15,651 bases of DNA, from positions 1 through 15,651 of the forward strand of contig JBBQXJ010000098.1 of NCBI GenBank assembly GCA_038209745.1. Direction: 5' to 3'. The translations under genes were made by a program, and so were the position numbers. Source of the stretch: Verrucomicrobiota bacterium. GTDB taxonomy: Bacteria; Verrucomicrobiota; Verrucomicrobiia; Limisphaerales; CANJSG01. Below, in pieces: positions 1 to 8,079 of this stretch (the first letter of the stretch is position 1; each line of letters begins with the position of its first letter). Below the pieces are notes generated by a model. That model was not told where the DNA came from. It searched no databases and saw only the letters and a program-made list of their open reading frames with translations.

Positions 1-810
1 ACGGTCAATCCGAACGGGTTCGCGACGGGCTCCTACTTCGAGTATGGCACGACCACGGCCTACGGCTCCCAGACCGCGACCAACAACGCGGGCTCGGGAT
101 CGTCAGGGGTGGCGGTCAATGCGGGCCTAAGCGGGCTCGGCGCCGGGACGTCCTACCATTACCGGGTGGTGGCGGTGAACGCCGGAGGCAGCGTCAACGG
201 AGCGGACCAGGGCTTCACCACGGGCGTGCCCGTCCCCAGCGCGACGACCTTGGCGGCGAGCGGAGTGACCACCAGCGGAGCGGGGTTGAACGGCACGGTC
301 AACCCGAACGGGTTCGCGACGGGCTCCTACTTCGAATATGGCACGACCACGGCCTACGGCTCGAAGACGACGACGAACAACGCGGGCTCGGGATCGTCAG
401 GGGTGGCGGTCAACGCCGGCCTAAGCGGGCTCGGCGCCGGGACGTCCTACCACTACCGGGTGGTGGCGGTGAACGCCGGCGGCAGCGTCAGCGGAGCGGA
501 CCAGGGCTTCACCACCGGAGTGCCGGCGCCGGTCGCGACGACCCTGGCGGCGAGCGGAGTGACCACCAGCGGAGCGGTGCTCAACGGCACGGTCAATCCG
601 AACGGGTTCGCGACGGGCTCCTACTTCGAGTATGGCACGACCACGGCCTACGGCTCTAAGACCGCGACCAACGGTCTCGATGCTGGAAGCGTCGCGGTGT
701 CGGTTGATGCCAACATTTCCGGTTTGCCTTCCGGCTCGACGACCCACTTCCGCCTCGTCGCGAGCGGTGCTGGAGGCATGGCCATCGGCGCCGACCAAGT
801 CTTCACGACG
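1..810 (+). repeat. Intragenic tandem repeat, period 294 bp (98 aa)
   Basis: acggtcaa(t/c)ccgaacgggttcgcgacgggctcctacttcga recurs at 1, 295 and 589. The copies are near-identical until about 672, after which only protein-level similarity remains. Confidence 0.95.
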
Positions 811-1053
811 ATTGTCCCCATGCCCTCATCGTCAGCGGAGGTGCGAATGATGGGCGACGGCTCGATGCGGATGACCTTCACCGGCTCCGCCGGTGCCACG
901 ATCACCGTGCTGGGATCGTCGGACCCCTCGGTTCCGATGTCGGGATGGACGGTGATGGGCGTCTCCGTGGAGACAAGCCCGGGAGTCTTCGAGTTCATCG
1001 ACATCGGGGCTGCTACCGCGTCGATGCGCTTTTATGGAACGCGGACCGAGTGA
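1..1053 (+). CDS. Large surface/secreted protein with tandem fibronectin type III-like repeats and a C-terminal putative sorting domain (5' partial)
   Basis: Frame 1 is open from base 1 (TVNPNGFATGSYFEYGTTTAYG...) to TGA at 1051-1053. The 98-aa repeats carry FN3-type motifs (A.LNGTVNPNG...YFEYGTT..YG; LSGL..GTSYHYRVVAVN.GG...G.DQ.FTT). The ORF-track start at 109 is an edge artefact. Confidence 0.9.
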   Translation, partial: TVNPNGFATGSYFEYGTTTAYGSQTATNNAGSGSSGVAVNAGLSGLGAGTSYHYRVVAVNAGGSVNGADQGFTTGVPVPSATTLAASGVTTSGAGLNGTVNPNGFATGSYFEYGTTTAYGSKTTTNNAGSGSSGVAVNAGLSGLGAGTSYHYRVVAVNAGGSVSGADQGFTTGVPAPVATTLAASGVTTSGAVLNGTVNPNGFATGSYFEYGTTTAYGSKTATNGLDAGSVAVSVDANISGLPSGSTTHFRLVASGAGGMAIGADQVFTTIVPMPSSSAEVRMMGDGSMRMTFTGSAGATITVLGSSDPSVPMSGWTVMGVSVETSPGVFEFIDIGAATASMRFYGTRTE

Positions 1054-1059
1054 GCGTCC

Positions 1060-1902
1060 TTAGGGCGGAAATCCGATCGCGAGTTTCACGGCGGAATACT
1101 CGGGGTGAATGGCGCCGGCCGCAGTGCGGATGACGAGATCGGGCTCCACCCAGGTCTTCGGGCGGAAGGTCTCGGGCAGGTCTTCCGCCCGCATCAAGCC
1201 GAAGAGTCCGATCAAAGGCGCGTCGCCTTCGCGGAACACGACCGGCCGACGGCGGACGATGACCAGGCCGGCGGCTTTGGCGCCGGATTCGACGCGGGCC
1301 AGTTGGGCCGGATCGGTCGGGAAGACACAGGCGAAGAACCCGCCAAGGGCAAGGTGCTTCGAGGCGGTCGAGCAGTAGTCGGCCACGGTGCCGCGCAGCT
1401 CGAAGCGGCAGGCCAGCTTCTGTGGATGTTCGCTTTCCACGCCGGTGCCGGGCGGGAAATAGGGAGGGCTTCCGGTGATCAGGTCGAACTTCTCTTCCGG
1501 GCCTAGCACTCCGGGATCGCGGAAATCTCCCTGCCGGATTTCGTAGCGCTCCGTCAGTCCGTTGAACCGCGCCGACTTCTTGGCCAATGCCACGCTCTGT
1601 TCCTGGGCCTCCACCGTGACCAGACGAGCGCCGGGAAGCCGCCATGCGACGATGCTGCCCACGGTGCCGATGCCACTGCCGAGATCGAGCGCCGTCGCCG
1701 CCGTGGGGCACCACGCCGTACCATACCAGGCGGTGAGGATGTCGTCGGTGGAGAAGCGGTGGCCGGCCTTCAGCTGGAAGAGACGGAAGTGGCCGCTGAT
1801 CGCGTCGAGCGATTCGCCTTCGGCCGGAAGCAAAGGCGGATCGAGCGGAGGAGGCACGGGGCCGGGTTTGGCCCAACCTTTGAAATGGGTCGCCGGGATC
1901 AT
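1060..1902 (-). CDS. Class I SAM-dependent methyltransferase, tRNA1(Val) A37 N6-methyltransferase (YfiC/TrmN6)-like
   Basis: N-terminal Q...GHRFSTDDIL, motif I LDLGSGIG, VTVEAQ, GDFR and motif IV DLITGSPPYF, then ACRFE. Start is ATG 1902 (MIPATHFKGW); an alternative is GTG 1929, which overlaps the kinase stop as GTGA. Confidence 0.82.
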   Translation of the reverse strand: MIPATHFKGWAKPGPVPPPLDPPLLPAEGESLDAISGHFRLFQLKAGHRFSTDDILTAWYGTAWCPTAATALDLGSGIGTVGSIVAWRLPGARLVTVEAQEQSVALAKKSARFNGLTERYEIRQGDFRDPGVLGPEEKFDLITGSPPYFPPGTGVESEHPQKLACRFELRGTVADYCSTASKHLALGGFFACVFPTDPAQLARVESGAKAAGLVIVRRRPVVFREGDAPLIGLFGLMRAEDLPETFRPKTWVEPDLVIRTAAGAIHPEYSAVKLAIGFPP

Positions 1903-1925
1903 CGCGAATCGGGAAGAGGAAGCGT

Positions 1926-3239
1926 TCACCGGTCTTTCGGCACCAGCAGACCGAGTCCCCGCATGGTGGCGTCGGTCACGGCGCGATACTTCCAGCGCCC
2001 GGGCCAATCCCGGTGCATGAGTTCGTCGAGCCGGTCGGAGCCGCCGGAGACGGCCACGGTCCTGAGAATCTTCGTGCCGGTGCATTCCAGGACTTCCAGC
2101 CGGGCGGCGCTCGTCTGGATGAGGGCCTCGACCATCGCGGACAAAATTTGTCGGCGCGTCGTGGCCAGCGTAAGCCCGGTGAAGGCGCCAGTCCGCTGGT
2201 CGATGCTCGTGCGTTCACCGGCCATGTAGGGCTCGAAGCGGACGCCGCCAGAAGTCTTCGCGCCTTCCTTGGCCACCGCATGCACCTCGGCACGGAACTG
2301 GTCCAGCGTCAGATCGCGGAAGAACTGCTCCCGTGCCCAATAGATCGAGGAACCGACGGCCGCGAGCGTGCTGACTTGAAGCCATTTCCGGCCGATGCCC
2401 AGAGCGCGGGTCAGCAGCTTCTCGTGCGGCTGCGGGCGATCGGTGCAGAGCGCGAGCACATCGGTGGAGCCCACCACGTTGAACATCTGCCCGACCTTGG
2501 CGCCTGCGAGCAGCATGCCGGCGCTGCCATCGATGATGCCCGCCAACATCGGCGTCCCTTCGGTTAGGCCGAACTTCGCGGCGGCTTCCCGGGTGATCCG
2601 GCCGCCGATCCGATCCGCCTCGACCACTTCCGGCAAGAGCCCGGCGTCGATCCCGAGATTTGCGCAGAGCTCGGCGTTCCAACCGTCCAACTTGAGCGAA
2701 CCGTAGAGCCCGGAGAACGACGCGTTCGACGGGTCGATCAGCCGGACGCCCGTCATCTGCCGGTGGAGAAAGGTGTTGAGATGTCCTACGAGATCGGCGC
2801 GTCGCAGCCGCTGCGGCTGGTGTTCCAGATACCAGGCCCACGTGGTGGAGCTGATCCCGCCGGGGAACGGTCGGCAACCGCAGAGCTCCAGGTGCCGGGC
2901 CTTGCCAATCCGATCCTCCAGCGCGTGGGCTTCCGCCACGCTGCGGCGATCCTGATGGGTGACGAGAGGAGTGAGCGCCTTGCCTTTCTTGTCCATCACG
3001 ACCCAGGCGGGACACATCACGGCGAGAGCGATGGCGTCCACTTTCTTGGCCCGGGCTTCGAGCCCGGCGATCGCCTTCCGCACAGCGGCGAGAAGATCGT
3101 CGGGATCGACCTCGACCTTGGGCCCGTCGTGTCGGCTCTTGAAGAAGACGCGCGGCGTATCCACGAGGACTTCGCTGCCGCGCAGGATGCCGGCGATGAC
3201 CGAGGACGAGCCGATGTCGAGTCCGAGCAGGGTGGGCAT
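1926..3239 (-). CDS. FGGY-family carbohydrate kinase (xylulokinase/gluconokinase-like; substrate uncertain)
   Basis: LGLDIGSSSV phosphate-1 motif, HQDRRS, DPSNASFSGLY, F.PYMAGER, GAFTGLTLATTR.QI..AMVEA and VSGG motifs. Confidence 0.9.
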   Translation of the reverse strand: MPTLLGLDIGSSSVIAGILRGSEVLVDTPRVFFKSRHDGPKVEVDPDDLLAAVRKAIAGLEARAKKVDAIALAVMCPAWVVMDKKGKALTPLVTHQDRRSVAEAHALEDRIGKARHLELCGCRPFPGGISSTTWAWYLEHQPQRLRRADLVGHLNTFLHRQMTGVRLIDPSNASFSGLYGSLKLDGWNAELCANLGIDAGLLPEVVEADRIGGRITREAAAKFGLTEGTPMLAGIIDGSAGMLLAGAKVGQMFNVVGSTDVLALCTDRPQPHEKLLTRALGIGRKWLQVSTLAAVGSSIYWAREQFFRDLTLDQFRAEVHAVAKEGAKTSGGVRFEPYMAGERTSIDQRTGAFTGLTLATTRRQILSAMVEALIQTSAARLEVLECTGTKILRTVAVSGGSDRLDELMHRDWPGRWKYRAVTDATMRGLGLLVPKDR

Positions 3240-3313
3240 GTCGTGGCGACGCTACGGGGAACGCACGGGGGCCGGGCAATGACGAAATCGGAGGACCGAC
3301 GGCACGACCGCGT

Positions 3314-4918
3314 TCACTGCGGCGGCTCGATCGAGAGCTCGATTCCGGGGTTCGTCTCCCCGAAGTAGCGGGCGGCCCAATCGGTGGGGAACAGCAGCAC
3401 GGGGCAGTTGTCCACGTCGAAGGCGATGCGGGAGCCCGACGGCAGCTTGAGCGCGTCGAGCGTTTCCTCGGGGGTGCCCGGTTTCAGCCAGCGGATCTGG
3501 GTGAAGGAAGACGTCTCGCGGCGGGTGGCGGCGCCGTATTCCATTTCCAGTCGATACTGGAGCACTTCGAACTGGAGCGGACCGACCGCCGCCAACAAAG
3601 GCACGCGGCTGGCCGTGTCCTTCAGCAGGAACGCCTGCGCCACGCCTTCCAGCAACAGCTGGTCGAGGCCTTGGCGGAACTGTTTGAACTTCGCCGTGTT
3701 CGGGTTGTGGAAGAACTCGAAGACCTCCGGCGGGAAGCGCGGGATCTCGTCGTAGCGGATCGCCGGGTCGGTCGAGAGCGTGTCGCCGATGCCGAAACCG
3801 TCGTGGCCGACGAGGCCGATGATGTCGCCGGGGTAGGCCACGTCGACGGTCTCACGATCATTGCCGAAGAGCTTGTGCGAGGAGCTGAGCCGGACCTTTT
3901 TCCCGGTCTGCACGTGCTGCACGACCATGTCCCGCTCGAACTTGCCGCTGATGATGCGGACGAAGGCGATGCGGTCGCGGTGCTTGGGATCCATGTTCGC
4001 CTGGATCTTGAAGATGAAGCCGCTGAAGGCCGGGGTGGTGGGCGAAACGTCGTGCAGGGTTTCTCCTTCACCGATCAAGGTGCGGCCCTTCGGTTCGCTG
4101 CTCCATTTCAGGAACGAGTCGAGCAGGAGCTGCACGCCGAAGTTGTTCACGCCGGAGCCGAAGAAGACGGGGGTCAGTTTTCCGGCGAGAACCTTCTCGT
4201 GGTCGAAGTCCGCGCCCGCCGTCTCGATCATCTCGATCTGTTCGCGGACCGTCTTGTAGGTGTGCTCGTCGAGCTTGGCCTTCACCAGGGGATCTTCTAG
4301 GCCCGTCACGTTGACCCCGGCGCGATATTTGCCGCCGACGACGCGCTCGAAGAGGTGGACCTTCTTTTCGGCCCGGTCATAGACGCCCTTGAAATCGATG
4401 CCGTTGCCGAGCGGCCAGTTCATGGCCACGGACTGGATGCCGAGCACGGCCTCGAGTTCGTCCATCAGCTTGATCGGGTCCTGGGCGGGCCGGTCGAGCT
4501 TGTTCATGAAGGTGAAGATGGGCACGCCGCGACGGGCGCAGACTTCGAACAGTTTCCGCGTCTGGACCTCCACGCCCTTGCCGGCGTCGATCACCATGAT
4601 GACGGCATCGACGGCGGTGAGCACGCGGTAGGTGTCCTCGGAAAAGTCCTTGTGGCCGGGGGTGTCCAGCAGGTTGATGTAGTAGCCGTCGTATTCGAAC
4701 TGGAGGACGGTCGAGCTGATGGAGATGCCGCGCTTCTTCTCCAGCTCCATCCAGTCGGAGGTGGTGGCGCGCTGGTTCTTGCGGGCGGTGACGGAGCCGG
4801 CGAGCTGCACGGCGCCGCCGTAGAGCAGCAGCTTTTCAGTCAGCGTCGTCTTGCCCGCGTCCGGATGCGAGATGATGGCGAAGGTGCGCCGGCGTTTGAT
4901 TTCTTCCTGGGTGGTCAC
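3314..4918 (-). CDS. prfC: Peptide chain release factor 3
   Basis: RRRTFAIISHPDAGKTTLTEKLLLYGGA, SDWMELEKKRGISI, LLDTPGHKDFSEDTYR, NKLD, FKIQANMDPKHRDRIAF, VGPLQFEV. GTG start at 4918 gives 534 aa. Confidence 0.98.
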   Translation of the reverse strand: MTTQEEIKRRRTFAIISHPDAGKTTLTEKLLLYGGAVQLAGSVTARKNQRATTSDWMELEKKRGISISSTVLQFEYDGYYINLLDTPGHKDFSEDTYRVLTAVDAVIMVIDAGKGVEVQTRKLFEVCARRGVPIFTFMNKLDRPAQDPIKLMDELEAVLGIQSVAMNWPLGNGIDFKGVYDRAEKKVHLFERVVGGKYRAGVNVTGLEDPLVKAKLDEHTYKTVREQIEMIETAGADFDHEKVLAGKLTPVFFGSGVNNFGVQLLLDSFLKWSSEPKGRTLIGEGETLHDVSPTTPAFSGFIFKIQANMDPKHRDRIAFVRIISGKFERDMVVQHVQTGKKVRLSSSHKLFGNDRETVDVAYPGDIIGLVGHDGFGIGDTLSTDPAIRYDEIPRFPPEVFEFFHNPNTAKFKQFRQGLDQLLLEGVAQAFLLKDTASRVPLLAAVGPLQFEVLQYRLEMEYGAATRRETSSFTQIRWLKPGTPEETLDALKLPSGSRIAFDVDNCPVLLFPTDWAARYFGETNPGIELSIEPPQ

Positions 4919-4934
4919 AGCGATTGAGCGGCGG

Positions 4935-4962
4935 AGCGTAGCGGAACCGGTCTCCGGTGCAA
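4935..4962 (-). promoter_or_regulatory. Putative sigma70 promoter of prfC
   Basis: Minus strand TTGCAC (4962-4957), 16-bp spacer, TACGCT (4940-4935), 16 nt upstream of the GTG. Confidence 0.4.
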
Positions 4963-5004
4963 TGCTGGGGAAAAGCGGGCGGATGCCGAATGTCTGATAC
5001 CGGA

Positions 5005-6156
5005 TCAGTCCCGGTCGAGTTTGAGGACGACGGGGATGGGATGGCCGTTGGTGCGGAGGACCACGCTGCGGTTCGTGATGGTCTCGACCATGATCTTGAC
5101 CAGCGCGCCGTTCAGCCGGATCTCCGCCGCCGCACCCGCCTCGACCGTGACGCCGTTGACCAGGGCGACGGTGCGGTTTTGGCCCTCGACCAGTCCGTCG
5201 AGATGCAGTGATTCCTCGATGGCCGGCGGTTGCGGTGCCCGGATGGCGGCCCGCCAAACGGCCAACGCGGTGGGATCCGGTCCGGCCGGGATCACCGCCA
5301 ATGTCTCTTGGGAGGCGGAAAGGACGGCGCCGGTGCCGCGCTTCACCCAGTCAAGCAGGGCGGTGAACCCGATCTGCTGCTCGATCCGGATGAGGTCGTT
5401 GATCCTCCCTTTCGTGTAGCGGTTGGTCTCGATCTTCGCCTGTTCCATCGACTGCTGTCGGCCCTGCATCAGCTTCCAGGCGACGAGTTCGCAGATTCCC
5501 TCGATGGTGTTCTGTTCGATGACGTGGCTGGTCGGGCAATTCTCGTTGATCCAGAGATGCGTGTATTCGTGGGCGCTGACGGCGGCCAGGGTTTCCCGGA
5601 GCTGGCCGCTGAGCAGGACGACGGAATGGTTGGTCTGGCCGTTGCCCCAGCTGGTGCGGGAAAAGCCGATCTTGTGGAGCGCGTCGGGATTGGCGGCATC
5701 TTCTTTGGACGACCAATAGTCTGTGTCGAAGAGTTTCACGGGAATCTGGGGTTGCTGGAGTTCCATTTGTCCCCGGGCAATTCGTCGCAGCTCGTCGCTC
5801 GCGTTCCGGAAGACGTTGCCGGCCTCCGGTTCGTCCATCACCACGAACGGAACGTGTCGGCGGCAGATGTGGCGGCCGTCGCCCGTGGTGGCGAAGCCGA
5901 TCTTCACCGGAATGTCGCAATGGATGCATCGTTGCGTGATCAAGTGGCAGGCTTCGCAGAGGTAGTTGGTCTCGCGGAGCGTCCAGACCGTGCCGAATTC
6001 GATCTTCCTATCGCAGACGACGCAGCGATAGCCGGAGTCGGCCCGGGCGGCCAGTCCCGCCAGCAGCAGGCACAACCAGACGAAACGTGTCGCCGGGGGA
6101 TTCCAGAACACGCCGCGCAAGAACAGGGTAAAAGCCGCCAACACTCTGGTTTTCAT
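5005..6156 (-). CDS. Secreted DA1-like zinc metallopeptidase with N-terminal Cys-rich (LIM-like) zinc fingers and a C-terminal small beta domain
   Basis: Hydrophobic signal-like segment (FVWLCLLLAGLAARA); CVVC, CEAC, CIHC and DGRHICRRH clusters; HEYTH (HExxH, 5571-5557) followed by IEGICELVA. This order matches the DA1-like peptidase signature. Confidence 0.8.
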   Translation of the reverse strand: MKTRVLAAFTLFLRGVFWNPPATRFVWLCLLLAGLAARADSGYRCVVCDRKIEFGTVWTLRETNYLCEACHLITQRCIHCDIPVKIGFATTGDGRHICRRHVPFVVMDEPEAGNVFRNASDELRRIARGQMELQQPQIPVKLFDTDYWSSKEDAANPDALHKIGFSRTSWGNGQTNHSVVLLSGQLRETLAAVSAHEYTHLWINENCPTSHVIEQNTIEGICELVAWKLMQGRQQSMEQAKIETNRYTKGRINDLIRIEQQIGFTALLDWVKRGTGAVLSASQETLAVIPAGPDPTALAVWRAAIRAPQPPAIEESLHLDGLVEGQNRTVALVNGVTVEAGAAAEIRLNGALVKIMVETITNRSVVLRTNGHPIPVVLKLDRD

Positions 6157-6203
6157 CGGCCGAGGCCGGCTGGGGTTTCAGTGAAAAAGCGAGGGATCCT
6201 GAA

Positions 6204-6416
6204 TCATTTCCGGAACAGCCACAGCAGCAGCGACAGCACCACGCTGATCAGGAGGCAGGTGACGATGGGGAAGTGGAAGCTGGCGCCGCCTCGTTGGAAA
6301 TGGATGTCGCCCGGAAGGTGGCCCAACCAGCCTTTGCCGAAGCCGGACCAGAGCAGCAGGCCAAGGGCGGCGATGGCCAGACCCGCGACGACGAGGGGTT
6401 TTCCCAGTTCGTTCAT
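6204..6416 (-). CDS. DUF2905-family small membrane protein
   Basis: MNELGKPLVVAGL...WLGHLPGDIHFQRGGASFHFPIVTCLLISVVLSLLLWLFRK has the LG.LPGDI and F.FPI.TC..IS signature with two TM helices. ATG at 6416. Confidence 0.88.
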   Translation of the reverse strand: MNELGKPLVVAGLAIAALGLLLWSGFGKGWLGHLPGDIHFQRGGASFHFPIVTCLLISVVLSLLLWLFRK

Positions 6417-6427
6417 CAGTCGGAAAT

Positions 6428-6673
6428 CTAGCCGCCCTGCACCGGCGGGAAAAGGGACACCTCGTCGCCGTCCTCCAGCACATGGGACTTTGGCTGATAT
6501 TCCACCCCGACCGCGATCAGCGTGGCGTTTCGCAGCGCTCTGAGCTTGGGGAACCGCGCATAAACCTCGTCCAGCAGCCGGTCGATGGAACTGCCTTCGG
6601 CCAGGTCCAAGTCGACCGTTGGGCTGCCGGTCAGTTCCTTGAAGTAGGAGTAGAAATGGACGCGGATGGTCAT
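6428..6673 (-). CDS. moaD: MoaD/ThiS-family ubiquitin-like sulfur-carrier protein
   Basis: 81-aa beta-grasp pattern ending in LEDGDEVSLFPPVQGG, with the C-terminal Gly-Gly. Family is secure; a molybdopterin role is not, because no moaE/moeB is in the window. Confidence 0.85.
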   Translation of the reverse strand: MTIRVHFYSYFKELTGSPTVDLDLAEGSSIDRLLDEVYARFPKLRALRNATLIAVGVEYQPKSHVLEDGDEVSLFPPVQGG

Positions 6674-6707
6674 GGAGCCGGCGCGGAGAAGTGTTCAACA
6701 GCGGAAA

Positions 6708-7089
6708 ACCACAGATGAACACAGATGAACATAGATACAGCGGTGCGAATTCTTTGGGTGTCGGGCGTTGAAAGAGGGTCGCTCGATGTTCGAGGAACAG
6801 TCGATCCGCAACTTCTAACGCCCATCATCGAGGAAAACTGCGCCCAAGACGGAGCGATGCAGTGGAAATGAATGAGGATCGCGGCCGCCCCGGATGCCGT
6901 CCGGCGCGCCCCGCGCCGGACCCGGACGCGTCCGGACACAGCAGGCGGTGAATTCTTCCCTGCGCCTCCAGAGGACCGCGAGGGCGCGGTCCACTGCGCC
7001 CGGGGCGGGCGCGCTCCCCAATCTCGCCAGTGCATGGTTCCGGCTGAGAGCCCGTTCCCCATCTGTGTGGATCTGTGTCCATCTGTGGT
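6708..7089. repeat. 382-bp intergenic element bounded by 29-bp imperfect inverted repeats built from 10-bp tandem units
   Basis: 6708-6736 accacagatgaacacagatgaacatagat versus the reverse complement of 7061-7089, accacagatggacacagatccacacagat (25/29 identical). Confidence 0.85.
6874..7019. repeat. Inner REP-like inverted pair with GC-rich hairpins
   Basis: 6874-6897 matches the reverse complement of 6996-7019 at 19/24. Perfect hairpins at 6899-6921 (10-bp stem) and 6973-6992 (8-bp stem), and the palindrome ccggacgcgtccgg at 6922-6935. Confidence 0.7.
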
Positions 7090-7096
7090 GGTCGAC

Positions 7097-7687
7097 TCAG
7101 GGCTTCTCTTCGGGCCAGAGGTAGATCTCCGGGAGCAGCACGCCGACAAAGGGCAGGTTCCGGTAGCGCTCGGCGTAGTCGAGGCCATAGCCGACGACGA
7201 ATTCGTTCGGAATGGTGAAACCCACGTAGTCGGCCTTGATCTTCTCCAAACGGCGCTCGGGCTTGTCCAGCAGCACGCAGGTGCGGATACGCTTTGCTTT
7301 GAGCGGGCGAAGCTTGTCCAGCACACGGGCCATGGTCTTGCCGGTGTCCAGAATGTCGTCGACCAAGAGGACGTCGCGGCCCTTCACGTCGATCTTCAGG
7401 TCCTTGGTGAAGACCAGTTCGCCGGAAGCCGTGCCGCTGCCGTAGCTGGAGACGCCGATGAAATCGAGGCGCAGCGGCATGGGCAGATTGCGGATCAAAT
7501 CGGCGAGGAACATGACCGTGCCATTCAGCAAGGAGACCACGACAAGGTCGCAGCCTTTGTAGTCGCGCTGGATCTCCTTCCCGAGGGTTTTTATGCGCTT
7601 GGCCAACTGGGCTTCGGAGATGAGCACGTAGTCCACTTCCTTGCGGAGGCGGGGCGGGACGGGAGAATTCCCCTTTTTGGGCATCAT
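7097..7687 (-). CDS. hpt: Hypoxanthine phosphoribosyltransferase
   Basis: VLISEAQL, LLNGTVMFLADL, DFIGVSSYG, PRPP-binding VLLVDDILDTGKT, LLDKP, FVVGYGLDYAERYRNLP. Confidence 0.97.
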   Translation of the reverse strand: MMPKKGNSPVPPRLRKEVDYVLISEAQLAKRIKTLGKEIQRDYKGCDLVVVSLLNGTVMFLADLIRNLPMPLRLDFIGVSSYGSGTASGELVFTKDLKIDVKGRDVLLVDDILDTGKTMARVLDKLRPLKAKRIRTCVLLDKPERRLEKIKADYVGFTIPNEFVVGYGLDYAERYRNLPFVGVLLPEIYLWPEEKP

Positions 7688-7692
7688 GGTAG

Positions 7693-8076
7693 TCAGTCTT
7701 GATCGATTTTAGTCGTGTGAATGAACCAACGGTCCAAGAGCACCAAAGGCCAAAAGACTTCGCCAAGGACATTCAGTTCATCGCGTTGCCGTCCACTGGG
7801 CGCAACATATGGACGTCCGCATTTGGCAGGATACCAAGTGGATCGCCAATCCGACCCGCCATGGTTGCCCTCCACATAACCGCCTCCTGCACTGAGCAGG
7901 GCGTAACCAGCCAAATAGATAACCAGGAGTTTAATGAATCCGCGCTTCGACTTGCGGAGGGCGATTGAAAACACCACGACCGGGCAAGCGACAGCCACAA
8001 TCCAGAGCAATAAAGACAAGAGAGGTTCCACGGTTACTCGGGCTTGCTTGAGCGGGTAGTCAATCGCCTCGGGCAC
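7693..8076 (-). CDS. Hypothetical membrane protein (2-3 hydrophobic segments), AT-richer than neighbours
   Basis: The ORF fills the dUTPase-hpt gap (3 bp and 5 bp spacing). Hydrophobic stretches LLSLLLWIVAVACPVVVFSIAL and LLVIYLAGYALLSAG. Start uncertain (GTG 8076 or GTG 8031). Confidence 0.65.
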   Translation of the reverse strand: MPEAIDYPLKQARVTVEPLLSLLLWIVAVACPVVVFSIALRKSKRGFIKLLVIYLAGYALLSAGGGYVEGNHGGSDWRSTWYPAKCGRPYVAPSGRQRDELNVLGEVFWPLVLLDRWFIHTTKIDQD

Positions 8077-8079
8077 ACA

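Noticed and set aside
4919..5257. 113-aa N-terminal extension of PrfC in the ORF track
   Set aside because: It overlaps the DA1-like gene in another frame, RF3 homology starts at GTG 4918, and a promoter-like motif lies within the extension.
6708..7089. Short repeated acagatgaac / atctgtgt units as a possible CRISPR array
   Set aside because: The units are 10-bp tandem repeats arranged as an inverted pair, with no unique spacers and no cas genes.
6670..7326. 218-aa ORF across the hpt-moaD interval ending in ...MFICVHLWF...
   Set aside because: It is a translation of the repeat element plus an alternate frame of hpt, with no coding signature.
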